From assembly GCA_002633005.1 (NCBI GenBank), contig NMRA01000164.1:372489-436488 (forward strand): a stretch of DNA of 64,000 bases. Direction: 5' to 3'. A program made the position numbers and the translations under genes. Every line of letters begins with the position of its first letter. Position 1 is the first letter of the stretch. Positions 28,407-40,667 of the stretch are shown here, piece after piece. The notes under the pieces were generated by a model. It saw only the letters and a program-made list of their open reading frames with translations. It did not search any database and was not told the origin of the DNA. The stretch is from Phoronis australis (lineage: Eukaryota; Animalia; Phoronida).

Positions 28407-28466
28407 TCAAAGAAGACGACAGAGCGCGTGGGAATGAAGCAATACTTGTCTCTTCGTATCTATCAT
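28407..28466 (-). CDS. 19-aa upstream ORF MIDTKRQVLLHSHALCRLL in a putative first exon; resembles the PRL/PTP4A uORF peptide
   Basis: Strong Kozak context GTCGCC-ATG. The TGA is followed 22 nt later by the donor AAG|GTAGGA (exon end 28385). The RQVxxHSHxLCRxL similarity to PTP4A uORFs is recalled, not searched. Confidence 0.6.
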   Translation of the reverse strand: MIDTKRQVLLHSHALCRLL

Positions 28467-28734
28467 GGCGACTAATTATACACGTTGGTAATTAGCGAGC
28501 ACGCCTTTTACACCCCTTCGTGGGCCCCACGAGGGATTCCAGTCAAATATTCATGTTTCGAGCCGGTGTTAAGGCACAAATGCTTTGCAACGGACATGGA
28601 ATGTTGCATTGACTTGAATGCAAGCCTCTTAAAACACAAAACTGCTTTATTGTGCTAATTAATTATTCAAAAATTAATGAGTTCAAGTCAGCTGCGCATG
28701 TCCCAATTATCTCGTGGCGGGAACGGAATTGTGG

Positions 28735-28790
28735 GAAAACATGTCAGCGCCCTGTCTGCGATCAGCTGGTGTTTTGTGTTTTGTTCAGAG
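28735..28790 (+). other. Putative first (5' leader) exon of the + strand gene, probably THTPA
   Basis: Follows the promoter motifs and ends at the donor GAG|GTAATT (GT at 28791). The next recognisable + strand coding exon is THTPA, with acceptors ending at 49014 or 49084. The start position is approximate. Confidence 0.4.
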
Positions 28791-29199
28791 GTAATTTTGG
28801 GGCATAATTCTTGTGCGTACTATAGAATCAAATCACATTTTACATGGATTCAGTAAACATACATAAGGAATTCCAGTAGTTTTTCATCGGACAATTAAAA
28901 TCGTCTGGAAATGAAACTGTTGACGGGTTATCAACACCCCGTCATCCCGGTCGGTTTTTTTGTTGCCTCTTGGTCACCTGGCTTAGACAGTGTCACCGCC
29001 TCTACTTAGCAGTTGAGACGGTGAAGCTCCTGTAGGGCCATCATGTGTCAGAAGCTTTTCAGCGAGTTATGCCTCAAACCAACAAAGTCACGTTGCCTGC
29101 CTTTTTGCGCATCCATGAGGAACACCTCAGGCTCAGCTCAGGAGCATGGCTCAGTATTGGCTTATTACATTAGCAAAACAGGGGCGCAACTTAAATGTA

Positions 29200-29476
29200 A
29201 TGATGGGCTACGTCCCTTGCGATTCTAGCGATTCTGCGTATCGATTGAATGCTTTCAGTGGCATTAGCAGCTAATCAGCAATTCTTCACCTTTAGAATAC
29301 CAGGCCGGGGTACTACTTACACGGAATGACTGGCAACTCTGATGGGTTACCCTTGTGATTCTAGTGATTCTGCATAATAGCATCGACTGAAGGCTTTCAA
29401 TCGCATATTAGCCGCTAATCAGGGATTCTTCTCCATTAGAACACTAGGTGCCGCTGCTTACATGAATGATGGGCTA
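29200..29476 (+). repeat. Two diverged tandem copies of a ~135-140-bp unit
   Basis: gatggg...cccttg(c/t)gattctag(c/t)gattctgc...ttagc(a/c)gctaatcag...attctt...ttagaa is repeated at ~29202 and ~29341. Confidence 0.8.
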
Positions 29477-30911
29477 GTCAATCCACGAGACTTGCATTCC
29501 CATAAGATGTTGCTCGTCAGATTGACGTGGGCCGATAATCTGTGATTGTATAAGTGCTATTCTTGCTAATCTGAAGGGTAGCTGTAAGATTGCTAATCTA
29601 GTGATTTAGTCAGTCTTGCGGGCTGATGCACCTTAGGAGGCCATCGATGTCTTTAATTTCTTCCAATTCGAACACATACTCTCGTAATCAATTTTTTTTT
29701 CGAGAAGTCCTTCGTTCAACTTCATTGGAAGGAATTAAAGACATCGACAACCTCCTAATGTGTCACTCTGTGCGCAAAAGTTACTTACGGCAACGTGACT
29801 TTGATGGTTTAATCGGGTTGAGGCATAATTCTGGTGTATGAAGGCCCTATATAGGAGGTTCACTTTCTCAACTGTTAAGTAGAGACAGTGGCACCGTCTA
29901 CACATGGCTACGACCACGCCCACGGAGCATCCATGGTACTTACACCTACTTAACGTACACAGCCAGCCAGCCAGCCAGCTAGCTACATGCGAGACTATTT
30001 TGATGCATTAGAACACACTTCGTACACCATGACTAAAGACGACAGAAGCGCCGGAAGCCTGGCGAGGTTCGCAGTCTTGCTACTATGTCTATGTGATACA
30101 CATGATTACTGACAGATTTCTGGTACATCTGTGTCGCTGTATAATGACATATGCTGTACTCCCTTCATTCCTTATGGTATGTACTCAATGTTCAACAGAA
30201 CAAAAAAAGCTCGCCTCCATAACTAGCTGTATGAAGACTGGGTGATGGCACATCCCAATACAACCTTTACGTTGAAAGTTTTTTTTTGCAAATTACACTT
30301 AATCCTAGTTAAACTATCTAATTATTTTTGCTATATGTACATTTCGAATGTAGATGGGCATTTGGCTTTGAGGGCAGTTGGAGTCTTCATAAATCTTTCT
30401 AACTCATACAAATACTCTCACAGTTAACATTTTTGCAAATAGTCTTTCGTTACATCACTGAAATAGTGAACTGATCCATTTCTATTGTGATTGCATCACT
30501 GGGCATAGTTATAGCATATAAATTTTTAATCACATCATGGTTGACCTCCATGACCTGGATTGAGCCAACTACTATTGCATTGCACTGGTGATCCACCAAA
30601 GTTCACCAGTGCTCGAAACTTGTCCGTACCTGGATAAATGACTGATGAAGAGATATATTGGATGAAAATTTTAATTACCAAAAGTATTTGTTAGAGGATT
30701 TAGAGACATTGGCAGCCTCTAAAGGTGCTCGTCTAGCTATCTTTTAAAGGTACTCATAGTATAGTGTTAACATATTTTTGTACCTCAAAAATAGAGGGAC
30801 ATAATTAAAAATTTGGAGCCCTTCCCTAACCTTAACCGTTGAAATAAATAATATTCCTAACCGTAATCTACTCTTTGAAGGAGTTTGAAGAATTTTTGTT
30901 GTACCCTTTTA

Positions 30912-31057
30912 CAGGGGCAGATCCAGGATTTTTATGTAGGGGGGCCCAGGGCAGAGTATTAGCCAGGATTTTGTTCATCAGACGGCGCACCCCCGAACTG
31001 CCAAATGGAATCTGGGAGAGTTTTAAGGAGGGGAGCCGCCCTCAAAATCCGCCACTG
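30912..31057. mobile_element. hAT-like MITE with 8-bp TSD
   Basis: Termini CAGGGGCAGAT / ATCCGCCACTG. Flanks are CCCTTTTA (30904-30911) and CCCTTTTG (31058-31065), 7/8 identical. Confidence 0.8.
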
Positions 31058-31848
31058 CCCTTTTGAAGCAGTTAAACGGTGTCGAAATGATCTAATGTGC
31101 AGTAGGATTGACTTTCAAATAATTTAAAGCTGTAAAATGCAGGATTACCAAAATTTTAGACCTCAAAATTTCACATGGCCTGGATAGTGCTGCTCGTCAC
31201 ATCATCATGAGACTTACATTATGTAGAGCTAACGACTGGAGAAGATGCATGCAAAATCTAATACGTGGCCTGTGGACGCTGAAGGCATGCAGAAGATAGC
31301 CATGTAATGGGAATGCTCAACTTTGGGATTATAAAATAAAACAGTTTAACAATATGTATGGAAACAGTTACATACCTGTGAATAATTGATGAGATGATCA
31401 TATTGCGGTAAAACGTCTCTAATTTGTGACAGTGAAGAATAAGTTTGTTCAGTGTAAGAGCTTGTACCAAAACTTATAATATAGGCAATATTGGCTGTTC
31501 CAAATTCAAGTATCGGGAGAATGATGAATTTTGTGTCGGCACGTATTTTAGACGATTTCATGTAAGACTTAGTTGATACAAAATGCATTGTCCAATATTT
31601 GAGAAATATGATGAACACCAAAAGTTACCCCTGTCCCTGTCTTCAGATTCAGAATCAAGAAAATTCTTTGGCTTGAATTTCAGTTCCTAAATTTTATAAG
31701 AGACTTCCCAAAACTAGAATTTTTACCATACTATTGAACATTTTACACTAAAACACAAAAAAACATTATTGCAGGTGGTCTGGTACATGTTGTACCAGAC
31801 GTGCAGAGGTTGTTCAGATAGGCCCGTTGCATTGATCATCAGGAACCA

Positions 31849-33577
31849 TTTTTATGCGCCCACATATTTATATGTGGACGCATTATGTCGTCATCTCCGT
31901 CCGTCTGTCTGTCCGGGTGGCGTCCGTCCGGCGTACGGCGTCCGCTGCTCTATCTCCAAAACCCTTTGACATACGTTCATGAAATTTGGCATACATGTTC
32001 CATTCATGAATGGGACGGCATGAGCGAACTTTCCGACGGATCCGACTACCGGTGTGCCTCCTAGTGGCAGTTTCTTGTTTTTACGCTTACCTTTGTATCT
32101 TCAAAAGTCCTGAACGGATTTTCATGAAATTTGGTATTTAGGCACCTATTAGTGAGATGATGCTATCCTTCCTTTTTCGGATGGATTCAACGTAGTTTGC
32201 GCCACCTAGTGGCCATTTTTACTGTTTTCGAGTCTGTTTTTTTTACGTCCACCCCTCTATCAACCAAACCGCTCAAAGGGTGATTGTGAAAATTGGCATA
32301 TATGTGCTTACTATGAAGAGGACCGTTGACGATGATTTTCCGACGATTTCGACTACTGTGGCACCTCCTAGTGGCAGTTTTTTTCCGCCTATGGCTGTAT
32401 CTCCTAAACCATTCGCAGGATCTTTACAAAATTAAGTTAGTATATTTATATGATGTTAACAACAGACGATGATGACTGGACAGACCCGACTACCGGTGTG
32501 CCCTCTAGTGGCAATTTTATTTTTTTACGTTTACCTTTGTATGTTTAAAAGTTCTTAACGGATTTTCTTGAAATTTAATATGTAGGCACCTATTAGTGAG
32601 ATGACGCTATTCTCCCGTTTTCGGATGGATTCCACGCAGTTTGCGCCACTTAGTGGCCATTTTTATTTTTTTCGAGTCTGTTTTTTGCGTCCACCCCTCT
32701 ATTAACCAAACCGCTGAAAGGGCGATTGTGAAAATTGGCATGTATGTGCTTACTATAAAGAGGACGGTTGACGATGATTTTCCGATGGTGTCGACTACAG
32801 TGGCACCTCCTAGTGGCAGTTTTGTTTTTGTTGCTTCTATGGCTGTATCTCCTGAACCGTTCGCAGGATCTTTACTTAATTTAGCAAGTGAATTTATGTG
32901 ATGTTGACTATGGATGACGACGACTTTCAGACAGATCTGACTATTGATGTGCCCCCTAGTGTCAATTTTAGTTTTTTATGTTTAACTCAGTATCTTCAAA
33001 GGTCCTCAACAGATTTTCATAAAATCTTAAATATAGGCATCTATTGGTGTGATGATGCTATCTGCTTGTTTTTGGTTGGAATTGAGGTATTTTGCACTAC
33101 CTAGTGGCTACTTTTGCTGTTTTAAAATCTTATTTTTAGTGTCCATCCCTGTATCAACCAAATCATTTGAAAATTGGCATATATGTTCTCAGTGTGAAGA
33201 TGACCTTTGATGATGGTGACTGATTACTGTGGCGCCTCCTAGTGGTAGTTTTGTTTTGCGCCCATAGTTGTATCTCTTAAACCCACTGCAGGATTTTTAC
33301 TAAATTTAGTAAGTGTATTTATATGAAGATAACAACAGACGACGACCACTTTCAGGCAGATCCAACGGACGCTGTGCCCACTAGTGGCAATTTCACTTTA
33401 TTCTGTTTTCCTTTGCTTCTCTGAAGTTCCTTGACAGATTTTTATGAAATATGGCATGTACCTGTTTTTGGATGGATTGTATGTTTTTGCTTCATCTAGT
33501 TTCCATTTTTATGATACAAATAAACAACCCTAAAAGCACACCATTTGCAATGCATTCGTGGACGCGTTGCTCTTGTT
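31849..33577 (+). mobile_element. Helentron-associated (HINE/DINE-1-like) element with an internal tandem array
   Basis: 5' T-run, subterminal palindrome ATGCGCCCAC-atatttatat-GTGGACGCAT, a (CCGT/CTGT)n microsatellite, about ten 138-161-bp subunits arranged as a ~445-bp trimer, and a 3' sub-TIR GTGGACGCGT followed by TCTTGTT. Confidence 0.85.
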
Positions 33578-34034
33578 ATGGGTTATATATATATAATAAA
33601 AACTAAAGTGAGGAGCTATAAACATGACTCAAGTGTCTAGCAGTGTGCCTGTGGGGCTCAAACTGACGACCTTGAGTAAAGAAAATGGACACATATCATA
33701 CTAAGCCACACTGCCTCGTCCACACTTAACAATTCTGAAAGTTCATGCAAGACGCTGATGTAATCAATAGGAAGAGAAAAATTTTTTTGTAGATATATCC
33801 ACGCAATCAATGGTAATTTCTTCGACAGTTTGTACACTCTACTGGTTTCTACAGCAAGCACGAAACATGTCATTTATCTCAAGTAGTTCGAAAAATCCAC
33901 TTCTATGGGTGAAATTGATTGCACACTTCCTAAGAAGATTAAACCTACGTTTTAGCAGAAATTTCGGTGCCTTAATAATTATGTTCATTACAAACACATC
34001 AGTCCCATTTATACTACATATTTGATACGGCACC

Positions 34035-34122
34035 CTTTTGTGAGGTACAGCAAGTTGCGCTCGCTCTGTGTCAACTATATATCTAAACGTAAAACTGGGG
34101 CAAGGCGGAAGGGATCATCTTC
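34035..34122 (-). mobile_element. Fragment of MITE family A
   Basis: tctaaacgtaaaactggggcaaggcggaagggatcatct is the reverse complement (3 mismatches) of agatgatcctttccgccttgctccagtttcacgtttaga at ~40880. Confidence 0.7.
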
Positions 34123-35977
34123 ATATATATACAGCCATACAAGTAATCATTTTCACGCAATTTCTAAGATTTGATGGTCAGCTGTTCAGTGCCTTGTTTT
34201 TTAATTTTAACCTTGACCACCATTTATTTTGTCACAAAATTGTCACAATATTACGCATGCATTAACAGTCAAAACTGGGCACATTGCAAATGCTTGGTTA
34301 TGTACAGTAGGCTTTCTGATGAAAGCTTTAATCACCTGATCAAATCATTGAAGCAAAATTCAATGTCATGAGCTACGTACAGTTTTGGGAATTAGAAGCA
34401 CCATAAAAACAACAACAACAATAATAATAACGAGCTGTTACTTCTGCAATTTGCATCTTCGCACATGAGCACTCTATATTCCTGCCTACAAATTCTACTT
34501 TGCCTCCGTTTGAGTTGTGTGTGTGTGTGTAAATGAATGCTTGACACCAAACATCTTGCACCATGTTAATTGCACTGTGTCAAAAGTTATTGTCTAAGTG
34601 GGACTATAGAATAAGGCACCATGACACCATGAAGAACTGGCTCAGCATATACAAGCGTCCTGCCAGGGAAAATTTTTGGAGTTAGTTGCTGGATCGCGCT
34701 CAGTGAATCGGTGAATTTTTTGGTCGTTGTTTTGAATTATTTGTTATATGTGATATATTCTCCTGTGAAATTATTTGTCGATAATTTCGAGCATATGAAG
34801 CTCTGTGATTTGTTTTCGTTCATTTCTTGAATTCTTTACCTGGTGCGACAATGTCAGTGACTCACCGAGCGTGTGGCAAATATACCAAGAACATACTGAC
34901 TTTGCTTTTGCTTTGAATTCGTTGTAGTTCATTATCAGTTTCTTTCACCGGGAGTTGAGTGTATGGAGGTTTCGTGCCTTTAGGTTTACGTTTCTTGAAT
35001 TTGCCATAGTGTGGCGGTGCCCTTGGCAGGCCGTGCTTTCATTAATGATCATGTTCAACCTTATCCTCGCCCACAATTTTGGAAAACTTTCGAATTGCAG
35101 TACTTTGTCCTTGAGCGAATATCCTCCCTCCCCCCGTGGTTTGTGCCATCTAGGTAATTGCAACAGTGCCGTTACAAAGTGTGCGAAAAGTCCCGATTTC
35201 ATAATCACTACGCACAGCAAACCGAGGTTCCATTATATTTTAGTCGTATATTCAGCTGTTTTCCATTTGACGAAAAAATACTGGAGTGCCTGGAAAGTTG
35301 TCAGGTCATCAAGTGCGGCACAGAAGCGGAGTTTTCCGAGAAAGTTCGATCGCGTTCAGAAGTCATAAATAGAAGTTCGCCTCACTTATTGTCAGTGTCA
35401 CTCCAACTTTGGCATCAAGGGCGTATTAGACATTCATTATGTCAACCAGGGATAGAAGCTCGCAGTTCAACTCAGCTGCTCACCATGGCAAAAAGTGAAT
35501 TTTAGCGTGACTGCCTGAACTTCCACCAAATGTTACATTCTAGCACCTGTCCAAAAAGATTTGGATAGTGCGCTACGTATGAAGAGCGTGAAATGGTAAA
35601 GCATTAGGTAATTAAGGCAATGTGGTGCATGGTGTCTGTCAGCAGCTGCTATGCGTGTGGTTAAAAATTGCTGTTTCGGTATTCACCGGATAACCACAAT
35701 GAGACCCATAGTGATTAAATTCTGATTCATTGTCATTGCTGGTGTTTTTGTTCCTAATAATTTAAAGATCATGGTTCGACCTTTGATAGTTCATAGACAT
35801 AATGTAGTCTCTAATTGAAACAATGTTAATGGAAGAATAGTCTGTACATTTGTGCATGGCACAATTAATATGTTAGTAGGTCTGTATATTGAGACCTCGT
35901 GTACCCATGGTCACTCATTTCTGGAAAATTTACTATGAAGGTTCAGTTTTCAAAATTCATGTGATCATGAAGGCTCG

Positions 35978-36742
35978 TTTTTATGCATCCACATATCGGT
36001 CATCTCTGTCTAGGCATCCGGACATCTGACTTCCACAGCTCCTAGACACCTCACAGGATCTTGATGGAATTTGGCAGATGGGTTCTTATGAAGCTGATGA
36101 CAGATGACGACAAATTTTGGGCGGATCCAAATAGTGGCCCCTAGTGGCAATTTTACTGTTTTACGTTTTCCTCTTAAAAGGTTCTCAACAGATTTTTGTG
36201 AAATTTGGCACATAGGCATCTATTAGTTAGATGACACTATCCTCCCGTTTTCGGATGGATTCCATGTATTTTGCTCTACCTAGTGGCCATTTACTGCCTA
36301 AGGATGATTGTGAAAATTGGCATGTATGTACTTACTATGAAGAAGAAGGCTGACGATGTTCCGATGACTCCGGCTACTGTGGGCCTCCTAGTGGCAGTTT
36401 TCTTTTTTTGGGCCCATGGCTGTATCTCCTAAGCAAGTGCATTTATATGAAGTTGACAACGGATGAGGATGACCTTTAGACTCTTCTTTATAATGGTATT
36501 CCCCCTAGTGGCAATTTTATTTTTTATGTTTATCTGTGTATCTTCAAAGGTCCTCAACGGATTTTCATAAAATTTGGAATATAGGCATCTATTGGTGAGA
36601 TGACACTATCCTCTCATTTTCGGAAGGATTCGAGGTATTTTGCGCCACCTGGTGGCCATTTTTGGTGTTTTCGAATCTGTTTTTTGGGATCAGCCCATCT
36701 ATCAACCAAACCATTCTAAGAATGATTGTGAAAATTGGCACA
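35978..36742 (+). mobile_element. HINE-like element, copy 2 (3'-truncated)
   Basis: Starts TTTTTATGCATCCACATAT and has the same subunits as 31849-33577 (gaaatttggc, cctagtggc, gattgtgaaaattggca). Confidence 0.85.
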
Positions 36743-38149
36743 TAAACTGTGAACATTTTTTATGCATTTTTTTCCTTGATTCTTTACGATTAAGGCCTAT
36801 GCGGTACTAACTAAGTTTAGCCGAAGTGACAGACTTCAAACTGGACTAAAGCAAGTTAGCAGCAGCAAGTTTTCCAGTTGAAGCAATCAGTGAACTCTGT
36901 TCTGTGCTTTCTTTTATGTTATGTGGTTAAGAACACTAACGTGTCATGTTAAAGCAAAATAATGGTTCCAAAACAGCGATTTTCAAAGATTGTGTTGCAT
37001 GAGGCTTTAGTTAGATCCAATCCTATAACTGGTTGAACCAGTGCGACATACTGAATATGTCAGGTGCCAGCCATGTTGACAATGTCACGACCCTTTAAGA
37101 CAGTTGTGCATTATGCAGTCTTAAGCGATTGGATTCCCTATTGCACCATATTTTGATATAAGCCCAATGTTTTTAAAGGGTTTTTGAATTTTGGCTGAGA
37201 TGTAAGTAAACCCTAGCTACGAATTATTGTGATGTCAGCTTCCAATTTTTGAAATGCTTGATATTCGACTATTTGCTTTAAAATAATACCCAGTTATCAA
37301 ATAAATAATTTTAGATCCTAACATGATTTGGCTTTATGTCAAATAATTCCAGAACTTTCTTAGATTTAATCAGTTAAGCATCATAAGTTTTCTTTTAAGT
37401 CTTTCATACTCAATGAAAGTTAATTAGCGAAAAAGACTGTTCTTACATATTCAAACAGGGTTGGGCCAAAGCTTAGTTTTAATAAGGGTTGGAACTGAGT
37501 ACCCAACAAGTTGCCCAAATGAGGTGATGTTAGCACTTGTAGAATAGTATTCAGATTTTTGGGAACCAGTTTCCTGTTCTTCACTCAGAGGAGGAAACTG
37601 GTTCTTTAAACTTGAGACCACAGTATTTAACCTGCAACTCGATTTTTGGTGTTCACTAGACATACCTCAACACTTTGGTTCAGTCATCAGAAAGTGTGCA
37701 CAAATGACTGATGCTTGCCCAGATGTAGTACATTAACCATCTGATTCTGATGATGTCTGGGAGACTCCTGTTATTCCAAGCAATTGCAGTTTGTGATTAT
37801 TACAATATACCCAAGGACAATGCTTTTCCAACTTATGGCAACAAAATGATTGCTTCACAGTTTTCTTGTTATGTCGAAGTCACTTGAAACTCTGGAAAAC
37901 TTGTCTAAATTCGACTAAATTCAGAACATCGGATGTCAGAAACGTCTAATTAGATTCAAATGAAGCTTTCAGAGACTATCACTGCTCTCCACAACGTTAC
38001 TAGGAATTTTCTTCAAACTGTTCCTCTTTTGCATGAGAGTCTATCGAAAATTGGACTTCTCAGGATTTTTGTGAAAAAACTCATAAGTAGCTTGAAAGGA
38101 AAACTAAACGATGATTTAGTCGAACGTAACACCACTTTTTAGACAGTAT

Positions 38150-38390
38150 CTTGAACATTTATTTCAAATGAAATTTGGTCATGTTATTCTTACTGTTGTT
38201 TTTGGTATGAATTCACCTTTTTTATGCGCTTCATTTTGCTATAAAGACGTGATCACGTATGTACGTGACCCACTTCATGGTCATGAGGTCAGAAATGAAA
38301 TTCTGCCGTATTCCTTTTTTTCAGAAAATACATGTGTATACCTTGTTAAATTCTGTAGCTTTAGATGTGTGGCTAAATGCGCCCATAAGG
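38150..38390 (+). mobile_element. Old dispersed repeat (family C fragment)
   Basis: aaatttggtcatgttatt...gtgaccca...aaattctgtagctttagat...gctaaat is colinear with 57165-57357. A similar fragment lies at ~53180-53370. Confidence 0.5.
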
Positions 38391-38719
38391 TTACACACAC
38401 TGGTAAGGCTAAAAAGTTCCATAATTGGTTCTTCTTTGTTTTTTGAAAATTGATGCATTGATGCTGTATTTTTTTAGTTGTCGATATTTTCAGAAAGAAA
38501 AATTCTCCTGATTTCAGCCGAATTGGGTTGGGATGCTTCATTTTTGAGGCACAGACTGGAACCGTTTATAATATTTTTGGGACATAATTGTAAGTATTGT
38601 GTAGTAAACTGGACGTGTAAAGAGTTCTGTTTTAGTTCAATAGAGCTTTGTTATAAAGAACCTCCTCCCATTTTTCTTGATGCCGCTGTTAAGTAACAGT
38701 CCTCCGTAGCCGATACTCA

Positions 38720-39858
38720 ACTCTTAAGGCCTGGTGCACCGACTAAGTCCATCCAAGAACCGAGCTTTTGATTTGGATCACTTACCAGTGCAAAATTTTT
38801 ATCAACTTGTTCTTTAATCAGATAAGAAGTGATTTCTGGCGTTGCTGTAATTCGCTATTTCTTGATGACAAGCCAAGTTGTAGAATGTAATCATGAAATC
38901 ACCTTTAAATGTGACCAGTTCCTTAATAGTATGTGGTTTAATCAAATTTGTTGTTTTTTCATAGAAGGCAGTTTTATGGCTCCACTGTAGCCAAGTGAAC
39001 TTGTTAATGGTAAGAAGTGGTAATGTTATAAGTGGGTATACCTTATAAACCATACACATTGTATTGTGGTCTGACTATACAGAGTATAGGCGGGTGATGA
39101 AAAATAGAAGCAGGCAATAGTGGAATTTTCAGTTTGACAATTTGTATAAGTTAGTAACGAATCTTTTCCAGTTTAATCGCCAGTTTTTCAAACAGTTCCA
39201 CTGTCTGTCTATTTTCCAGAGTCATGTGTCATAAGAGTTATTCAAATGCTTTTATAACAATGAAATGAAAAATTCACACGATATGTTGANACTCTTAAGG
39301 CCTGGTGCACCGACTAAGTCCATCCAAGAACCGAGCTTTTGATTTGGATCACTTACCAGTGCAAAATTTTTATCAACTTGTTCTTTAATCAGATAAGAAG
39401 TGATTTCTGGCGTTGCTGTAATTCGCTTTTTCTTGATGACAAGCCAAGTTGTAGAATGTAGTCATGAAATCGCCTTTAAATGTGACCAGTTCCTTAACAG
39501 TATGTGGTTTAATCAAATTTGTTGTTTTTTCATAGAAGGCAGTTTTATGGCCCCACTGTAGCCAAGTGAACTTGTTAATGGTAAGAAGTGGTAATGTTAT
39601 AAGTGGGTATACCTTATACCATACACATTGTATTGTGGTCTGACTATACAGAGTATAGCCGGGTGATGAAAAATAGAAGCAGGCAATAGTGGAATTTTCA
39701 GTTTGACAATTTGTATAAGTTAGTAACGACTCTTTTCCAGTTTAATCGCCAGTTTTTCAAACAGTTCCACTGTCTGTCTATTTTCCAGAGTCATGTGTCA
39801 TAAGAGTTATTCAAATGCTTTTATAACAATGAAATGAAAAATTCACACGATATGTTGA
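38720..39858 (+). other. ~570-bp direct duplication joined by a single N; probable assembly artefact
   Basis: 38720-39289 is repeated at 39291-39858 with only a few substitutions and a small indel. The N sits exactly at the junction (39290). Confidence 0.9.
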
Positions 39859-40667
39859 TATCAGAAAATCCTTTTTCTCACCGATGATGTCCGGTTAGTC
39901 CATGGTTAAGTTTTATAACCTTAGTAGTGTGAATAAAGGTGACAGATTGTTGGCTTTCAGGTTGGAAGATACACAGTGTGTTATGAAAAACTTGGGAATC
40001 TGGGTTTTTTGCAACTGCTAATTCAGCAAACCACGCCATTTTGTTCAGTACAACTACAGCATGTCATACTGGCTCTACCCACAGACAATGCAAACCATTT
40101 ATTTCAACGTTTATACTTGCTAGGTCATATTAATTACCTATTGCAATTTGCCACTACCACTATGAGTTTTAATTTATGCCTGATCATTATCTTCAAAGTA
40201 TGGTATATAGAAGGAATGATTTTGCAGATTAATTGTTGGGTGAGGGTAATGTTTTACATTTTCATTTACGTGCTGGCAAGTGCTTCAACTGCTTGACAGT
40301 TTTGTTGTACAAAGTCAACAATGTTCATTCTTGACATGGTATAATTATGAGTAAATACCAGTTGAACATAGCCATACTTTCAAGCAATTTCTGGTCACTA
40401 GTCACCTGAAGAGGATTAGTAACCAGACTAGAAGGCATATAAAATTTTTGTATCCTAGACAGTGCTGTGTACATAGACGAATTTAATGGGAGTCAGCATC
40501 ACAACCAAAATAAAACATCCCTTGGCATACTGTTTTGGAGGTTTACACAGAAAATTTTCCATTGAAAATTGTGTTTGGGCCATCCCGTATGATATTACAA
40601 AGAACCAACATTTCCATATTCCTACCATCTGTGCTACGTGTATAAAATGTCACGCCACGTTTAACTA

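Larger units (their letters stand above)
27700..28800. promoter_or_regulatory. CpG-enriched, probably bidirectional promoter region
   Basis: Local CpG/GC enrichment with CCAAT (~27843), CACGTG (~27858), NRF1-like TGCGCATG (28693), E2F-like TGGCGGGAA (28715-28723) and ZNF143/Staf-like TTCCCACAATTCC (- strand, ~28725-28737). Divergent splice donors lie at 28384 (-) and 28791 (+). Confidence 0.65.

Noticed and set aside
31380-31600. Similarity to ~50850-51010 as a possible duplicated exon
   Set aside because: There is no recognisable conserved protein. It is better explained as two copies of an old dispersed repeat.
32040-33400. Regularly spaced conserved motif as a CRISPR-like array
   Set aside because: The intervening sequences are homologous to one another (tandem monomers), not unique spacers.
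34945-35505. Cluster of overlapping 90-140-aa ORFs
   Set aside because: No recognisable domain, non-ATG starts and no consistent splice structure.
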